A stretch of DNA of 64,000 bases, taken from NCBI GenBank assembly GCA_964199315.1, contig OZ116707.1:6510001-6574000 (forward strand). Reading direction: 5' to 3'. Below the pieces are notes generated by a model. That model searched no databases, was not told the DNA's origin, and saw only the letters and a program-made list of their open reading frames with translations. Origin of the DNA: Orbicella franksi. Its lineage: Eukaryota. Position numbers and translations under genes: made by a program. Shown one piece after another: positions 50,201 to 62,117 of the stretch; positions within the stretch are counted from its first letter, which is position 1; every line of letters starts with the position of its first letter.

Positions 50201-51037
50201 CTTTCTGTCTCTGAAGCTCAGCCTCCATTTGAAGTTTTCTTATTTCTTGCTCTTGTCATCACACTTCCCTCTCCTCATCTTGCCTTCTTCGTCTCTCCGC
50301 TTTCTCCTCTTCTGCTATCCTCAATCTCTCTTTCTCTTCTCTCCTGCGTTTGTCCTCTCGTTCTTCCTCTCTGCATTTATCCTCTCATTCGTCCTCTGCG
50401 TTTTTCCTCTTTCCTTCTCTCTACGCTTTTCCTCTCGTTCTTCCTCTTTACGCACAAATGCAAGCAACTCAGCTCCTTCCAGGGCGAACATTTTGCCTAA
50501 CTCAATAAACTTCTCCATATCATGACACACAGTCTAGAAATGCCCGCACAGGATAACAGCGAAACCTTTTACACGAAATTGGTTCACACAGAACACCAAA
50601 TCCACTCTGCTACGCTTGTCCTGTACCTTTCCTGGTTACGGTAGTCCAGCAAACAAATTTCTGCTCTCCGGACAGGCCCCCAATGTTACGAGTATCGTTG
50701 AAGAGCAGGGTTGTTTCCAGATAGAACTCAGGATTGCTGGTAACAGCAACAAACTAATTTATTTCTGTAAGGTAACTTCATGAATTTACAGCACTAAGCT
50801 TCTTCAAATTTGAATCAATCTCTCTCACAGAAGAAACACTCGCTCTAATATACATGAGGCTTAAAGTTCTAGAAACTTCTATTTGGAACTAAATGAAGTA
50901 GTTTGACACAGTTGCTAATCTGAGTAATTACATAAGGATTAGAATGTTCTGGAATGTTCTTATACAAATTGGTCACGGCTGAATGACTTCCGGTTCTAGA
51001 TTGTTCTAGAAATTGACTTAGACAATTTTTCGTAACA
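47255..51037 (-). mobile_element. Gmr1-like Gypsy LTR retrotransposon (gag-PR-INT-RT order), RT and 3' LTR missing
   Basis: 5' LTR 50684-51037 (TGTTACGA..TCGTAACA); PBS TGGGGGCCTGTCCGG (tRNA-Pro-like) 50668-50682; gag with CCHC 49332-50530. pol 47213-49594: RDTG protease, integrase HHCC/DDE/GPY, then only the start of RT. Confidence 0.92.
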
Positions 51038-51134
51038 ATGGTATATATGGGAGAGGTCTAAGTAAGTAATTATTAAGTATTAATATATCATTTCAATATT
51101 TTCAACTTATAAATAGTTTCAGGGTAAATCCAGA

Positions 51135-52401
51135 TCACTCATCTGCATACCTAAACCCTTCAAAGGCAAACTCTTCTTCTGGCCCAGGTGGGGAATAGAA
51201 GTTACGGATGCACATAACAGCACAAGATGGAAGAACTACCCTTATTTCTTTCCCTAAAATTCCCCAGCACCATCGGGCCAGTTGCCTGTAGGCTTCATGT
51301 CTAAATAGTTTATGTTCTGGCCCATCACAAGGATCTTTGTACTGCTGCTTGTATTGAAACCAAGCAGTCTGCAATACCCATCTATTGATACAGACTGGAT
51401 GAAACCCTGAGTGTTGGGTTATACATGTAGGCTCCTGGCATTCGCCACTTGTGACTGCCTCAATATTTTTATTTTTGACTGCCTCAATTTCTTAGCCGCA
51501 AATGCATGCCTCCACTCGTCCCATAATCTGGCAATTCTCACATGAACACCTGAATTACAAGCAAAACGCAATATCACATTACGTTGTGTTCACCCAAAAA
51601 AAAAAAGGATTTAGACTAGTGCATAAGCAAAATTAGCAGTGTATGAGTTGGTGAAGCCAGCGCCTCTTTAAACAATTCGTAGTAATTACGAGTTAAACAT
51701 GTATTTCAGTAGCATTCCTGATCTGTGATACAAATTATTAAAGTTATAATTGATCTATGTTGTAGTCAAAGGAATGCTTAAAATCGACAACATAACCAGA
51801 CCGAGAAGGAAATTAAATCATGCTCCCAGAGTTTTATTTTTTTGGTCGATCTGCGTAAACATAAGCAGAAAGCAACACCGCCGTAAACAAAGAGGCTTTG
51901 ATTTTTTTAACGTTAGTAACCTAGTTTAGTTATCACTGTTTTAGGAGTAATTAATTGAATAAAGCTTGGGGTTTTGCAACTCAATTTGGCTGGAATTGTC
52001 CAATGAAAAAAAGAAAACCTCCTTGGAATAAATTGTTAAATAGTGCAAAATTTATCACAAAGATGTAATTTTGCTCACAGCATTTAAGCTTAAATCGACC
52101 TAAACCGACAAACGACGTAAATACGATCGCCACATCATTCAGCGTCAAGTTCATTTTATTTCACATTACAGTCATCCAACTTAGTACAATGAATCGATCG
52201 ATTACAACAACACTACATACCAGTCTGAATTCTCAAGTCGAGGATTTGCACCTTCTTCGTCGCTTTCATAGGCTCCTCGCCTGACAGGCTTTCAGCTTCC
52301 TCCGAGTTGATATGCGGTTCAAACTGATATGGCTGGATAGTAAACCTTTCACCATCTTGTTCATCATCAAAATTATCGAAAGAACACCCAGTTTCGGACA
52401 T
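51135..52401 (-). pseudogene. P2X7 intracellular 'ballast'-like Cys-rich protein gene (Kolobok accessory/KolX-like), two exons
   Basis: Exon 1 MSETG..IQPYQFEP; exon 2 CSCENC..CITQHSGFHPVCINRWVLQTAW..RHEAYRQLARWCWGILGKEIRVVLPSCAVMCIR..GF; one stop codon. Confidence 0.8.
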
Positions 52402-52689
52402 AATTCAAACCTGAATTCAGCAATAGTTCGAACTAGACCTTGCTAAATGTAAAGTACACAACTGCAAGACACGGAAGGATCAAATTCCTTTGACAATTTG
52501 ACGTCATACGATGATACACTGACCGACTTCTGAGCAGGCAATCCGTTTCCAAGATGGCGGATTTCCAATCGCATTTTAAGTCAACTTTAATAGCAGAATT
52601 ACTCTCTAATTTGTAAGATAGAGCAACAGGAATAGGAAAATTTGAAGCAATGATGGTTGGCCTTTCTTTTGAAAAATCCTTATTTTTGC

Positions 52690-52707
52690 ACCAAAGTTCC
52701 CCTTTAA
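52690..52707 (-). mobile_element. Candidate Kolobok-type terminus (TTAA|AGGGGAAC...) upstream of the ballast-like gene
   Basis: gttcccct|ttaa at 52696-52707; no partner terminus in the window. Confidence 0.45.
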
Positions 52708-52779
52708 ATATTTGAAATTTCCCTTAAAGCTACCTTAGAAATCCCACAAGGATAACAAACCCGCAAATAATGAGGACTA

Positions 52780-53078
52780 GACGAAACATTTGAGAGAAAT
52801 TTATGTACATGACAAATCTGTGACATCCATGGTTGATGTATCTGGTTGTTTGAAATGTTTCCACTGCTTAGTGAAAGGTCTAGAAGTGCCTCTGCCCCTT
52901 CGGGAAGTTCTTTTCTATCCTCCTTGGCTTTCTCTGTTATTTCAGACCACCTGAGGAATCGCAGGTACCTTGCCTTTTTCTTCTGGCAGCATTTAAAGCA
53001 TCCTTCCTCCTTGCAACCCATGAGAAGGTTTGGCACATAATCTGGGTCATTTGGATCATCTGTTGTTTGTCCTTGAAG
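52780..53078 (-). pseudogene. Remnant exon following a THAP domain (Harbinger-type accessory)
   Basis: AG acceptor, then GQTTDDPNDPDYVPNLLMG...RYLRFLR..EGAEALLDLS. Confidence 0.5.
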
Positions 53079-53307
53079 ACATAAAAGGTTTTATAACAAA
53101 TGTAGATGATACAAGCCTGAAAATTTATACGCTCTGCTCTTTGCATCAATGTCAGAGTGCCAAAACAGAAAATGATAAAATACTCAGAAAATGATAGAAT
53201 AGCAATACCCCCAAACCAAAGTTTCTTTACGACATTTCTCTGCTGAAAGCATTAACCCTAACCCTAAGATTCATACAACCACTATAATACCGATGCTAAT
53301 AATACGC

Positions 53308-53706
53308 CATTAGTTATTGGCCTAAAATGTTACAGTATGTAATGAGTGGTTCCAAATTAAGTCGTTATTTATTGGCCTAAAATTTTACAGTATGTAATAA
53401 GTGTGGTTCCAAATTAAGCCATTAGTTATTGGCCTAAAATGTTACAGTATGTCATGAGAGTGGTTCCAGATTCAGCCGTTAGTTATTGGCCTAAAATGTT
53501 ACAGTATGTATTAAGTGTAGTTCCAAATTGAGCATTTAGTTATTGGCCTAAAATGTTACATTATGTAATGAGAGCGGTTCCAAATTAAGCTGTTAGATAT
53601 TGGCCTAAATTGTTACAGTATGTAATAAGTGTGGTTCCAAATTAAGCATTTAGTTATTGACCTAAAATGTCACAGTATGTAGTAAGTGTGGTTCCAAATT
53701 AAGCCG
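53308..53706 (+). repeat. Minisatellite, 7 x ~57 bp
   Basis: attggcctaaaatgttacagtatg recurs at 53316, 53371, 53428, 53485, 53542, 53599 and 53656. Confidence 0.95.
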
Positions 53707-54421
53707 TGAGATGTTAACCTAAACTGCGGTGAAATCCGTAATCTGAATATCCCGATTTTAGTTCTAATTTTGAAACTTTGCTTGGTTAACACCTTACCAG
53801 CGAAATGAAAAGTTTCAATAGTTTGAGTGCTTTGTGGGTAACGGCAGGGCATGAATAAAAAAAATTACACTCAAAGTGCACTATTCGTCTTCTTCAGTTT
53901 TGTGGGGTCATGCTTGGGGTTTGTTCTCTCAAACTTATTACGGGGGGGTGTCAACTCTACCAAGGCCTATTTTGAGAGAAAAACAAAATTCTTGCGGGAA
54001 TCGGGAGACTCTGGAATTTTGCTGGGAAATATGACATAATGTAGTTGTAAAGAAAAGCAGGATGTTGAACAAAATTTGTGTTTCGATCGGTCAAGAAATC
54101 TGGAGGATCTTCCAGATGTCTGGGAGGACTTAAGCTATGCATAGTGTTGATCAAACAACATTTGTTAGAGTTGTTAACCCCACATACTTATTCAGGACAG
54201 CTCAACCCACTACATTGACAATGTGTACAAAGCGCTTGCTTAGTGCACTTCTTTGTCAAGTCAATTGGATGGTTTGCCACCATCTTTGATCAGGGTATCA
54301 AGGCCTTGTTTTACCTTTTTGACCTTTTCAGTCAGTTGTGATTTACTACTTGTTTTTCACATAATACAGGCCTTTTGGATGTCAAACTTTAGCTTGATTA
54401 GAGTCAGCTAAAGTAATTGAA

Positions 54422-57400
54422 TTACTGATCTAACAAACGAACATCCTTACTATTTAAGTCTGGAATCCAATCTGACCACCCAGCGATGACTGTTCCATCA
54501 TCAGCAATTCTATCCTCAAATTTTACCAAGCACCCTTCGTGTTTCCTATATGCCACGATCTGTCCTTTGCACCATCCCGAGTACTTTGTCACCTTTCCTG
54601 ATTTGTCCTTTTTCTCATGTTCCACTTCAATCAGACGATTGATTGATGCTCTACCATTCGGTCTTCTTTTCCGACTGATTATATGCCAGCGCTTGTCTGG
54701 TGGACCTTCATCTCCTAAATTCCCAATGCTGTACGGTTTCATTTACTTTTTGGTTTACCAGGTGATGCCCTATAAGAGGTTGTAACATTACCTTCGCACA
54801 CTGCCAGGTAAATGTTTTCCATTAATGTATGAAGAACAGTACAACCTTCCTGCAATGATTTTCAGTTCAATGCCTCAACTGGATTGGTGGTACATGGTCC
54901 TTCCTAATCTTTCACGTCCATTTCCTTAAGGCCCTTGTAGACACTGCTAGTGATTCAACCGACACCACTACTTGCTCCAGTGCTTCAGTTTTGTCCAGTT
55001 ATGGCTGTCAAGCCTGTCAAGTTCAGAGGACAGGTCGTACTCGATAAACTGTTTAGCATCCTGTAGTTTCCTGAAACCCGATAGAACATCGAAAATTAGG
55101 TAAACATTCTCTTTATCACATTCTTCTTCAATTTTGTGAGCTAAAGTTTTGAAGATACGAGTTTCAGCGTCGCTTTGGCAAACAAACATACAGACTCTCT
55201 TCACCAATCGTTGCCAATGACCACTGCATCCCCGGATGACTTTCCTGGCCAGTTCTTCACCAAGACATTCTTTCAGGCCTTGTATTGTGCATCATCGAAA
55301 TCCACGAGTATGGACCTTAACCTTGCACCATTTGAGAAATAAGCATGATCATGTGAAACCTTGTTGAGAATTGTGGTTATCAACTTGGCATAAGTCTCAC
55401 CATCTTGTCTACTGCACAGTACTCTTGCAACCGCGTTATACATGCACGTTTGTTCGTTGAAAGTTACGATGCTCAGAAGTCATGGAAAAAAGTTGTTACC
55501 TGTGTAGGTCACATCCATAAATAAATCTTCTGCTCTACTCAAAAGAGTTCATTGAAATGGCGACATAAAAAATGTATACTTCCTGGCACTCATAAAAATA
55601 TACTCAGATCCTTCCATCTGATACTGTCCCATCATTTTGTTGACTTTTTCGCTTATATTCATGCTTTCATCATACAACTGGTTACCTTCCACTTTTTTCC
55701 TAATTTTATCAAAACCAAGTATCTCATCTAGTGAACAAAGTTCTTTAAGAAAAGACAAATTTTCCAAGTGCCATTTTCCTCTCTCTCCACATGGTCAGCA
55801 TTAGCTGCAGGTGAACTGGCTTCAGGGGGACATAACCAATTCCCAACCCCTTCATCATATCTTTGGTACTTTAAGTACTATCATCAGATACCACTTTCTG
55901 GATGTCCTCTTTAACTTTGCTTCACAGGATGTGTGGTGCTGGTTTTGAGTGGTTGTGTTGCATATTTGGCACAACCCCAATCCATCGCCTTCCATTGTCA
56001 CTGGATGGCCATATGTAAACCATATGTGCAGGACATGGTCCAGTGGAAACAAGGGAATGACTTTCTCTGTGGTGTACACAACGATTGACCTTTTGTCTGT
56101 TGGAGACAATGTAGGAGCAGTCAACACTAGCAGACTTTTTCACACCTTCACAAGGTCCTCTTCTCACATTTAATAAGGTATCCACACCATCTATAACTTT
56201 ATTGTGCTTGGCTGTTTGTGTACTTCGTTTTGACAGTTGATTATTGTCCCAAATAAAATGAGGTCGAGTACTGGGGGAAAAATTTAACTTTCTACAGTAT
56301 TAAACGAAAACAAAGTTTGTTTGTGGCGTCCCTGAGGCTGTGTTGAATCCTGGGAATTCATGCTGGTCCTTAAGCGTTAATTCTATGCAATTTGCCGAAT
56401 TCCTGAGGCAATCCTTTATTTTTGGCAGATGATGATGTCCTCTTCCAGTCCTTGCTCTTGTGAGAAGCTTCTGTTTTGGTTTTTGATCTAATGAATCGTT
56501 TATTGGATCCAAAACAAGGATATCATAAGGAGAATCCAGAAATTGCCTCCCTTTCTCAGAAGCTTTGTACTGCCTCCATACTTTTGTGAATGACGTGCAC
56601 CTTAATATGTTATTATATGTCAATTAACTGTAAATGAATAGCTTGTCTCAGAACCCTTGACCTCCACCCTGGAGAAGTTCTATCTTTAAAGTCTTCGTAC
56701 CAACAGAATATGTCTGCGTTAGCTCCATGATTTTCTGCATTTCGGGCAGAGAAAATGTATCTTTCTTGCTACCTCTTAACCATCCAATCAGTACTTCTTC
56801 TTTTACCCCTTGTTCATAAGTCTGCATTTGTCTGAGGTCTAAAACTGCCTGGATTAGAAGCCTTATCGCTTCCTTTGCGTTGAAATCTCTTTTGTCTTTG
56901 ATATCACAACTGGAACAACACTCATCTACACACTGCAACTCCAGATGGCCTCCTCCAAACTTGCTGATTATTTCCTCTCTCATACGTCATTTGCAGTATA
57001 TAGAGTAGACCCAGCACCATGATTGAATCAGTTGTGGCTTTATCTGTTCTACACTTTTTGAACAGTTTTTGGTCCAGAAAGCTAAGTGTTGGTCATCCTT
57101 TGACTCATTGACTAGAAGAAAACCATCAGCGCTGTTACCACTTCTTCCAGCTTGGATCATAACACTAAGGTTACGCATGCAACCCACCCTGAAAATATTG
57201 TCCACGTGTGGACTATGTGTGCCAACCTCATAGGACTCGGTGGCTACCAAAACTTGAAACTCTTTTCTTCTGAAGGCAAAGTCATTCCTTTTCCATAATA
57301 AGGTCTAACATTTTCTTCACCCAATAGCAGCTTGAGTGATGACGTCATTAGTTCCACATCACTACGAAAATCCATATATACGATGGCATATTCATCATGA

Positions 57401-57505
57401 TATATTCTTTATATCCGTAACACATTCCGACCAAATGTCCTCCTTTGTATGTTCTTTAACTGATCTGGAAGTCTTCTTCTTTGATGTAATGTATGACTCG
57501 ATGTT
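54422..57505 (-). pseudogene. RecQ-helicase(C-term/RQC)-Zn finger-Mutator-type DDE transposase-Tudor-like fusion, intronless, decayed
   Basis: YAIVYMDF, RPYYGKGM, VLVATESYEVG..IQAGRSG, CCSSC (RQC); C..C..CPAH..HNH finger; FMDVTY (55513), VDFDDA (~55295), GCSGHW (~55220), TTNPVEALN (54875); Tudor-like IEV..GWCKGQIV.Y..LVKFED. Confidence 0.8.
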
Positions 57506-57602
57506 CACTAACGGCTTAATTTGCTAGTCGGTAAATTTTTGACATTTTAGGCCAGTAAATACCACACTGACTGTGGTTAGTGGCTTAAAATGTTACAGTA
57601 TA
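57505..57602. repeat. Isolated copies of the 57-bp repeat motif, one inverted and one direct
   Basis: The reverse complement of 57505-57560 contains ttactggcctaaaatgtca and caaattaagccgttagt; plus-strand ggcttaaaatgttacagtat lies at ~57582-57601. Confidence 0.75.
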
Positions 57603-57819
57603 TACTGTGATAACAACATACGAAGCCGTTGTCTGAATGCCCAATTTCATTGAGAGTACATTTTCTGTCTACCATCTTGAATTCCTATTTTTGTAAGCGA
57701 AACTGCACACTGGTACGTGGGCTCAAATGTCCATGATTTCTGGCCACGAGCAAAATTCGAAGCAGTAAACTTTTGGTCAGTACTTTATGTAAGACTACTT
57801 ATAATGTCCCGAGAATATG

Positions 57820-58805
57820 GCTGTAGCTCTAGTATACCCCTGTAAACCCTTGTCTACCCCAGTAAACCCCTCTATACCGCTGTAAACTCTTGTATACTCT
57901 TGTATAACCCTGTAAGCCCTTGCATACCCCTGTAAACCCCTTTCTACCTCTGTAAACCCTTGTACACCTTTGAATACACCTTTTAACCCTTGTATACTCT
58001 TGTAAAACCCTGTATACTCCTGTAAACCCCTGTATGCCCCTGTAGCCCCTTGTATACCCCAGTAAACCATTGAATACCCCTGTATACCTTTCTGTACCCT
58101 TGTATACCCCTCTAAACCCTTGTACACCCCTGTAAACCCCTCTATACCCTTGTAAACCCTTGTATACCCTCGGAAACCCTTGTATACCCTTGGAAACCCT
58201 TGTATACCCCTCTACACCCTTGTAAACCCCTTTATACCCATGTATACCCCTGTAAACCCCTTTATACCCATGTATACCCCTGTATACCTCTGAAAACCCC
58301 TGTATGCCCTTGCATACCCTTGTAAACCCCTGTATACCCCTATACAATCATGTAAACCCCTGTATACCCTTATATACCTTTGCACACGCTTGTAAACTCT
58401 TGTCAACCCCTGTACACCCTTTTACACCCTTATAAATCCCTCTATACCCTTATGTAACCATGTAAACCCCTTTATACCCCTGTATACCCGTGTAAATCAT
58501 TGTAAACCCTTGTAAACCCCTGTAGACCCCTGTACACCCTTGTATATCCCTGTAAACCCTTGTGTACCCGTGTAAACCCTTGTATACCCATGAAAAACCC
58601 TGTAAGCCCTTGTATTCTCCAGTACACCCTTGAATACACTTGTGTAGCTATGTAAACCCTTGTATACCCCTGTACACCTTTTTATACCCCTGTACACCCT
58701 TTTATACCCCTGTACACCCTTGTATACCCATGTAAACCTTTGTATTCTCATGAGAACCCTTGTATACCCCTGTAAACAGTCGTGAACCACTGTAAACCCT
58801 TGCAT
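57820..58805 (+). repeat. ~1-kb low-complexity satellite of ~10-bp units (TGTAWACCCY)
   Basis: Alternating tgtaaaccct / tgtatacccc; strongly strand-skewed. Confidence 0.95.
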
Positions 58806-58939
58806 GGTTATCTAAAAAAATGGTTGTCTTTAAAAAACGTTTCCTCATTGATTGTTAAAAAGATTTAACAGATGGTTTTCTTCTTAGGTCAATATGTAAG
58901 GTTTTCCACAACTTAGATGTGTTAACTGCAAAACACTTA

Positions 58940-59810
58940 CCGTATTTACCCGTGTATTAGTCGATCCCGTGTATAAGTCGACCCCCAATTTTTGAGGCCA
59001 AAAACTAGATTTTCTTAATTTCCAGGTAAGAATTTCTTGGAAAACTTATCTTGTATTTCTTAAAATTATCTTTCAGCTACCACAGATATGTAAACAAATC
59101 ACAGCATGTTTCAACGCGCAGTTTTAAAGCTTATTATGGCATGTATACGAGCGTTTTACCCAGTTTAGCAACACATGTGCATGCAGACTTTTCGATGATA
59201 ATTTTTGTAAAATGCTCACAAAAATCAAACATAAGGATTTCAAACAAGCCTTTTTAAGTGCGAAGAGATTAAAAGTGGCTTTATAAGACAGGCAAAACAC
59301 CAAAGAAGCTCACGACTTTCAGAACGATGCCATAAACTAAGTGCAAAGCGTGTGTTGGGAACTTGGTAGTCAAGCCTTGAAATCGGTCAAGTACTGGTAC
59401 AGAAGTCCTCGCACTCGTATCCTGCCAGGTTACCAAGCAGAGAAGTTTCAAGCGTGAAAGATATTTTCTCCGAGCAGCTTTACTACGGCTTTATTTAAAG
59501 GAAAAATATTGGTTCTTTATGACAAAATTGAGCCAGTGAGTGTCTACAAGATTCAGGTTAAAATTTAACGGATAAATGTTGATGCATTTTAACTTGAAGC
59601 TCTGATATGGAGAGACAGATCGCTAAGCGAACGTACGTTGTAAACTGTGCTGCCGTTTATCACATGTTTGTTAACATCGAAAGACAATTATTATGCTAAT
59701 TGTTTGACTGGCGCTTGGATCTCAAGTTTTGACCCATGTATAAGTCGAGGGCGAATTTTTGGACTGATTTTTAGGTCTTGAAAGGTCGACTTATACACGG
59801 GAAAATACGG
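58940..59810. mobile_element. Non-autonomous Tc1/mariner (pogo-like) element, 871 bp
   Basis: 25-bp TIR CCGTATTTACCCGTGTATTAGTCGA / TCGACTTATACACGGGAAAATACGG (2 mismatches), TA on both sides, subterminal gtgtataagtcga repeats, no ORF. Confidence 0.9.
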
Positions 59811-59939
59811 TACCACCTTTCAATCTTCTTTTAAAACGAGGGCAAACAAAATAGACTGCTATACCTAGAGGACCATAAATGTCTACTATTTAAAAACTCA
59901 GGGATGTCATTGGCAATTATTTTTTATTCCAATGCACAC

Positions 59940-60870
59940 TTAGAAACTTTCACTTTCTCATAGAAGGATTCCAGGAAAGCTTTTTAAATAATGGAACAGA
60001 AGGGCAAAATGGTCCTGTGTCCAATGTAATCCTTTCCCCTCTTTTCTGCAGACGAAGACTCTTTTGAAGGTTATCGTTACTACAACGCTCAAGCCACACA
60101 CCATCTAAATTGCTTAGTTGATAAAACGGCTTTAATCTTGTTAAGTATTCCAATTCGCTGGCCAAATTTTGTAAAAGTCAGCATGAGGTGAAAACTATGG
60201 TCACTGTCTGACTCTCATTCTAAGACTTTTACTTGATTTTTCGTGACTGTTTAATGTGCGTAACTTCAGTCCTTGATCGTCAGGTGTCAGCCTATCCTAC
60301 AAACGCTTTCCAGTTGCTAGCATGCTTTTCATCTTAGTATCATTAAGTGGAAGTTTGGTAGCATTCACCCAATTTTCAACTTTATGCCGAAGTAATAGTG
60401 AGCGACTGTTGCTAGTACCAATTTCACCAGAAGTAGTTATGTTTGTGTCGTTAACGTTTAAGTCTATATCCACTCCACTAGAATATGTATGAGGAGGGAG
60501 GTCATTAATAAATTAAACAAACAGCAAAGGACCGAGGATACTCCCTTGTAGGACCCTTTAGGGAACATTAGCATAGTCACTGTTGTTTCCAGCTATGGAG
60601 ACGTGCTGCTGCCAGTCACTCAGATAAGAATCAAGCCATTTTGCAGACCTTTCACACAAGCCCTAAAATTTATTCTTGGACAGGAGTAGTTGGTCAACCA
60701 CCATAACAAAGGCCTTGCAATAATCGATGAAAACTAGATCAGTGACGCGATGTTTGTCCTGCTTTAGTAGTATTTGATCCACAAGACTGATAAGTGAGGT
60801 CTCATTGTTCTGATACCTATCAAATCTGTACTGCCTGCGATACAACAGATCATATGGATCATTCAAGTTG
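59940..60870 (-). mobile_element. Highly degraded L2/CR1-type LINE ORF2 (RT to C-terminus)
   Basis: QYRF..ETSLISLVDQIL..LVFIDYCKAF..VDQLLL.K and ..SLRLQKRG.RI.LD..SVPLFKKLSW. Confidence 0.75.
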
Positions 60871-62117
60871 TCCCTGGTTAACGCCAAGCTTATGTGCAGC
60901 ACCAAAAATAATAATAATAATAACTTTGTTTCACTCTTTTTTCCCCTTTCTTTACTTTCCGGTTCATTTCTTTTGTTGCCCGTGAATTCCCTACAGCCCC
61001 ATAACTCAAATGATTGGTTAATGGGCAGCACGAAGTCGTAACAAGAACAAATAATTATGATAGATTGTGATTATTCACACCGCCGATCATTTTAATCTAC
61101 AGGAGGAAATCTTTGAGCATACTTCGTTATCCGTTTTATATACTTTATATTATAAACTATATATTGAAAAGTTTACATTATAGAAGTTATATTCAGGTTC
61201 TTTATAACCTGTGCGATTAACAGAGAAGTTTATCAAACTGCAATTAACAGAGTCAACAGAGTGTGGTTTGTTCCTTACGATATAGTCATCTCAACAGCTG
61301 AAAGTAAGTACGAAAAGATATCAAGAATGAACAGTCTCTGTTTTGACACTGCAGCTTTAAGTGAGGTAGCTTCATTCTGTGCACTTTTGCCCAAGACACA
61401 TGTTGCAAAGTTCTTAAATGTTTTCACCTTATTTCATTGTATAGAATTGGATCGTATGGCAAGGACTCTGGCTTCTCTTCAAGGTTGAAAGATTGGAAAA
61501 TGCCAAGTAAGTCACCTTCTCTTTTCATTTCATATCAAGGATATTACAAAGAATGAACTTTGAACCGTGTTGTTAGTAGTTAAGCATGACTTTTACAGCA
61601 AACGACAAAAATGAAACTTTTGCCTTTTGTCTTCAGCTGTTTGTAAAGTGGAGTGTAAGTCCTTGCATTTGCATTTGTGGTAAATGATAGGAGACGTTGC
61701 ACTATTTTTCTTTGCTTTATTTAACAATTCGAAGATAAGCAGACAAAAATCAGAGGTAATTTTTGCCGCCCGCCACTTGCTATAAACTTCATGCGTAACT
61801 GCTCGCTCTACATGGACCAAAATTTCAACAGGTTCGCTTCACCAAGTTTTGCCTGATATATTTTTCATGGCATTCTTTAAATCCAATATGATTCTTTTCA
61901 AATTGACATCTTGTAATTATTGATATCAAAATATTTTCCATGTATTTAGATTTTGGGAGAAATGTAGTAAATGATCAGATCAGCTAAATATCGTAGATAA
62001 AGTGTTGCGAAAACTTTTACCTGCAGAAACAGTTGATGAAGACTTTTATTTAGCAATGTTAGTTATTGAGTCTGAAATTTCTCACCACAGAATAAGTGAT
62101 CCACCTTGCGTCTCTGG

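Noticed and set aside
50111-50525. Hydrophobic S/L/F-rich plus-strand ORFs
   Set aside because: Antisense of the Glu/Arg/Lys-rich N-terminus of the Gmr1 gag.
53253-53267. Telomere remnant (TAACCC)2; also at ~62174
   Set aside because: Only two units each, embedded in interspersed repeats.
53308-53706. CRISPR-like array
   Set aside because: Whole units are repeated with no unique spacers, there are no cas genes, and the context is eukaryotic.
54422-57505. Host RecQ/WRN/BLM gene
   Set aside because: Intronless, with divergent helicase motifs, many disablements and direct fusion to a DDE transposase core.
57795-58805. G/Y/V/K-rich ORFs on the minus strand
   Set aside because: Artefacts of the 10-bp satellite.
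59805-59820. Right terminus (ggtaccacc) of the Kolobok element starting at 17839
   Set aside because: It is 42 kb away, overlaps the pogo-like TIR end, is only a short match and lacks a TTAA flank.
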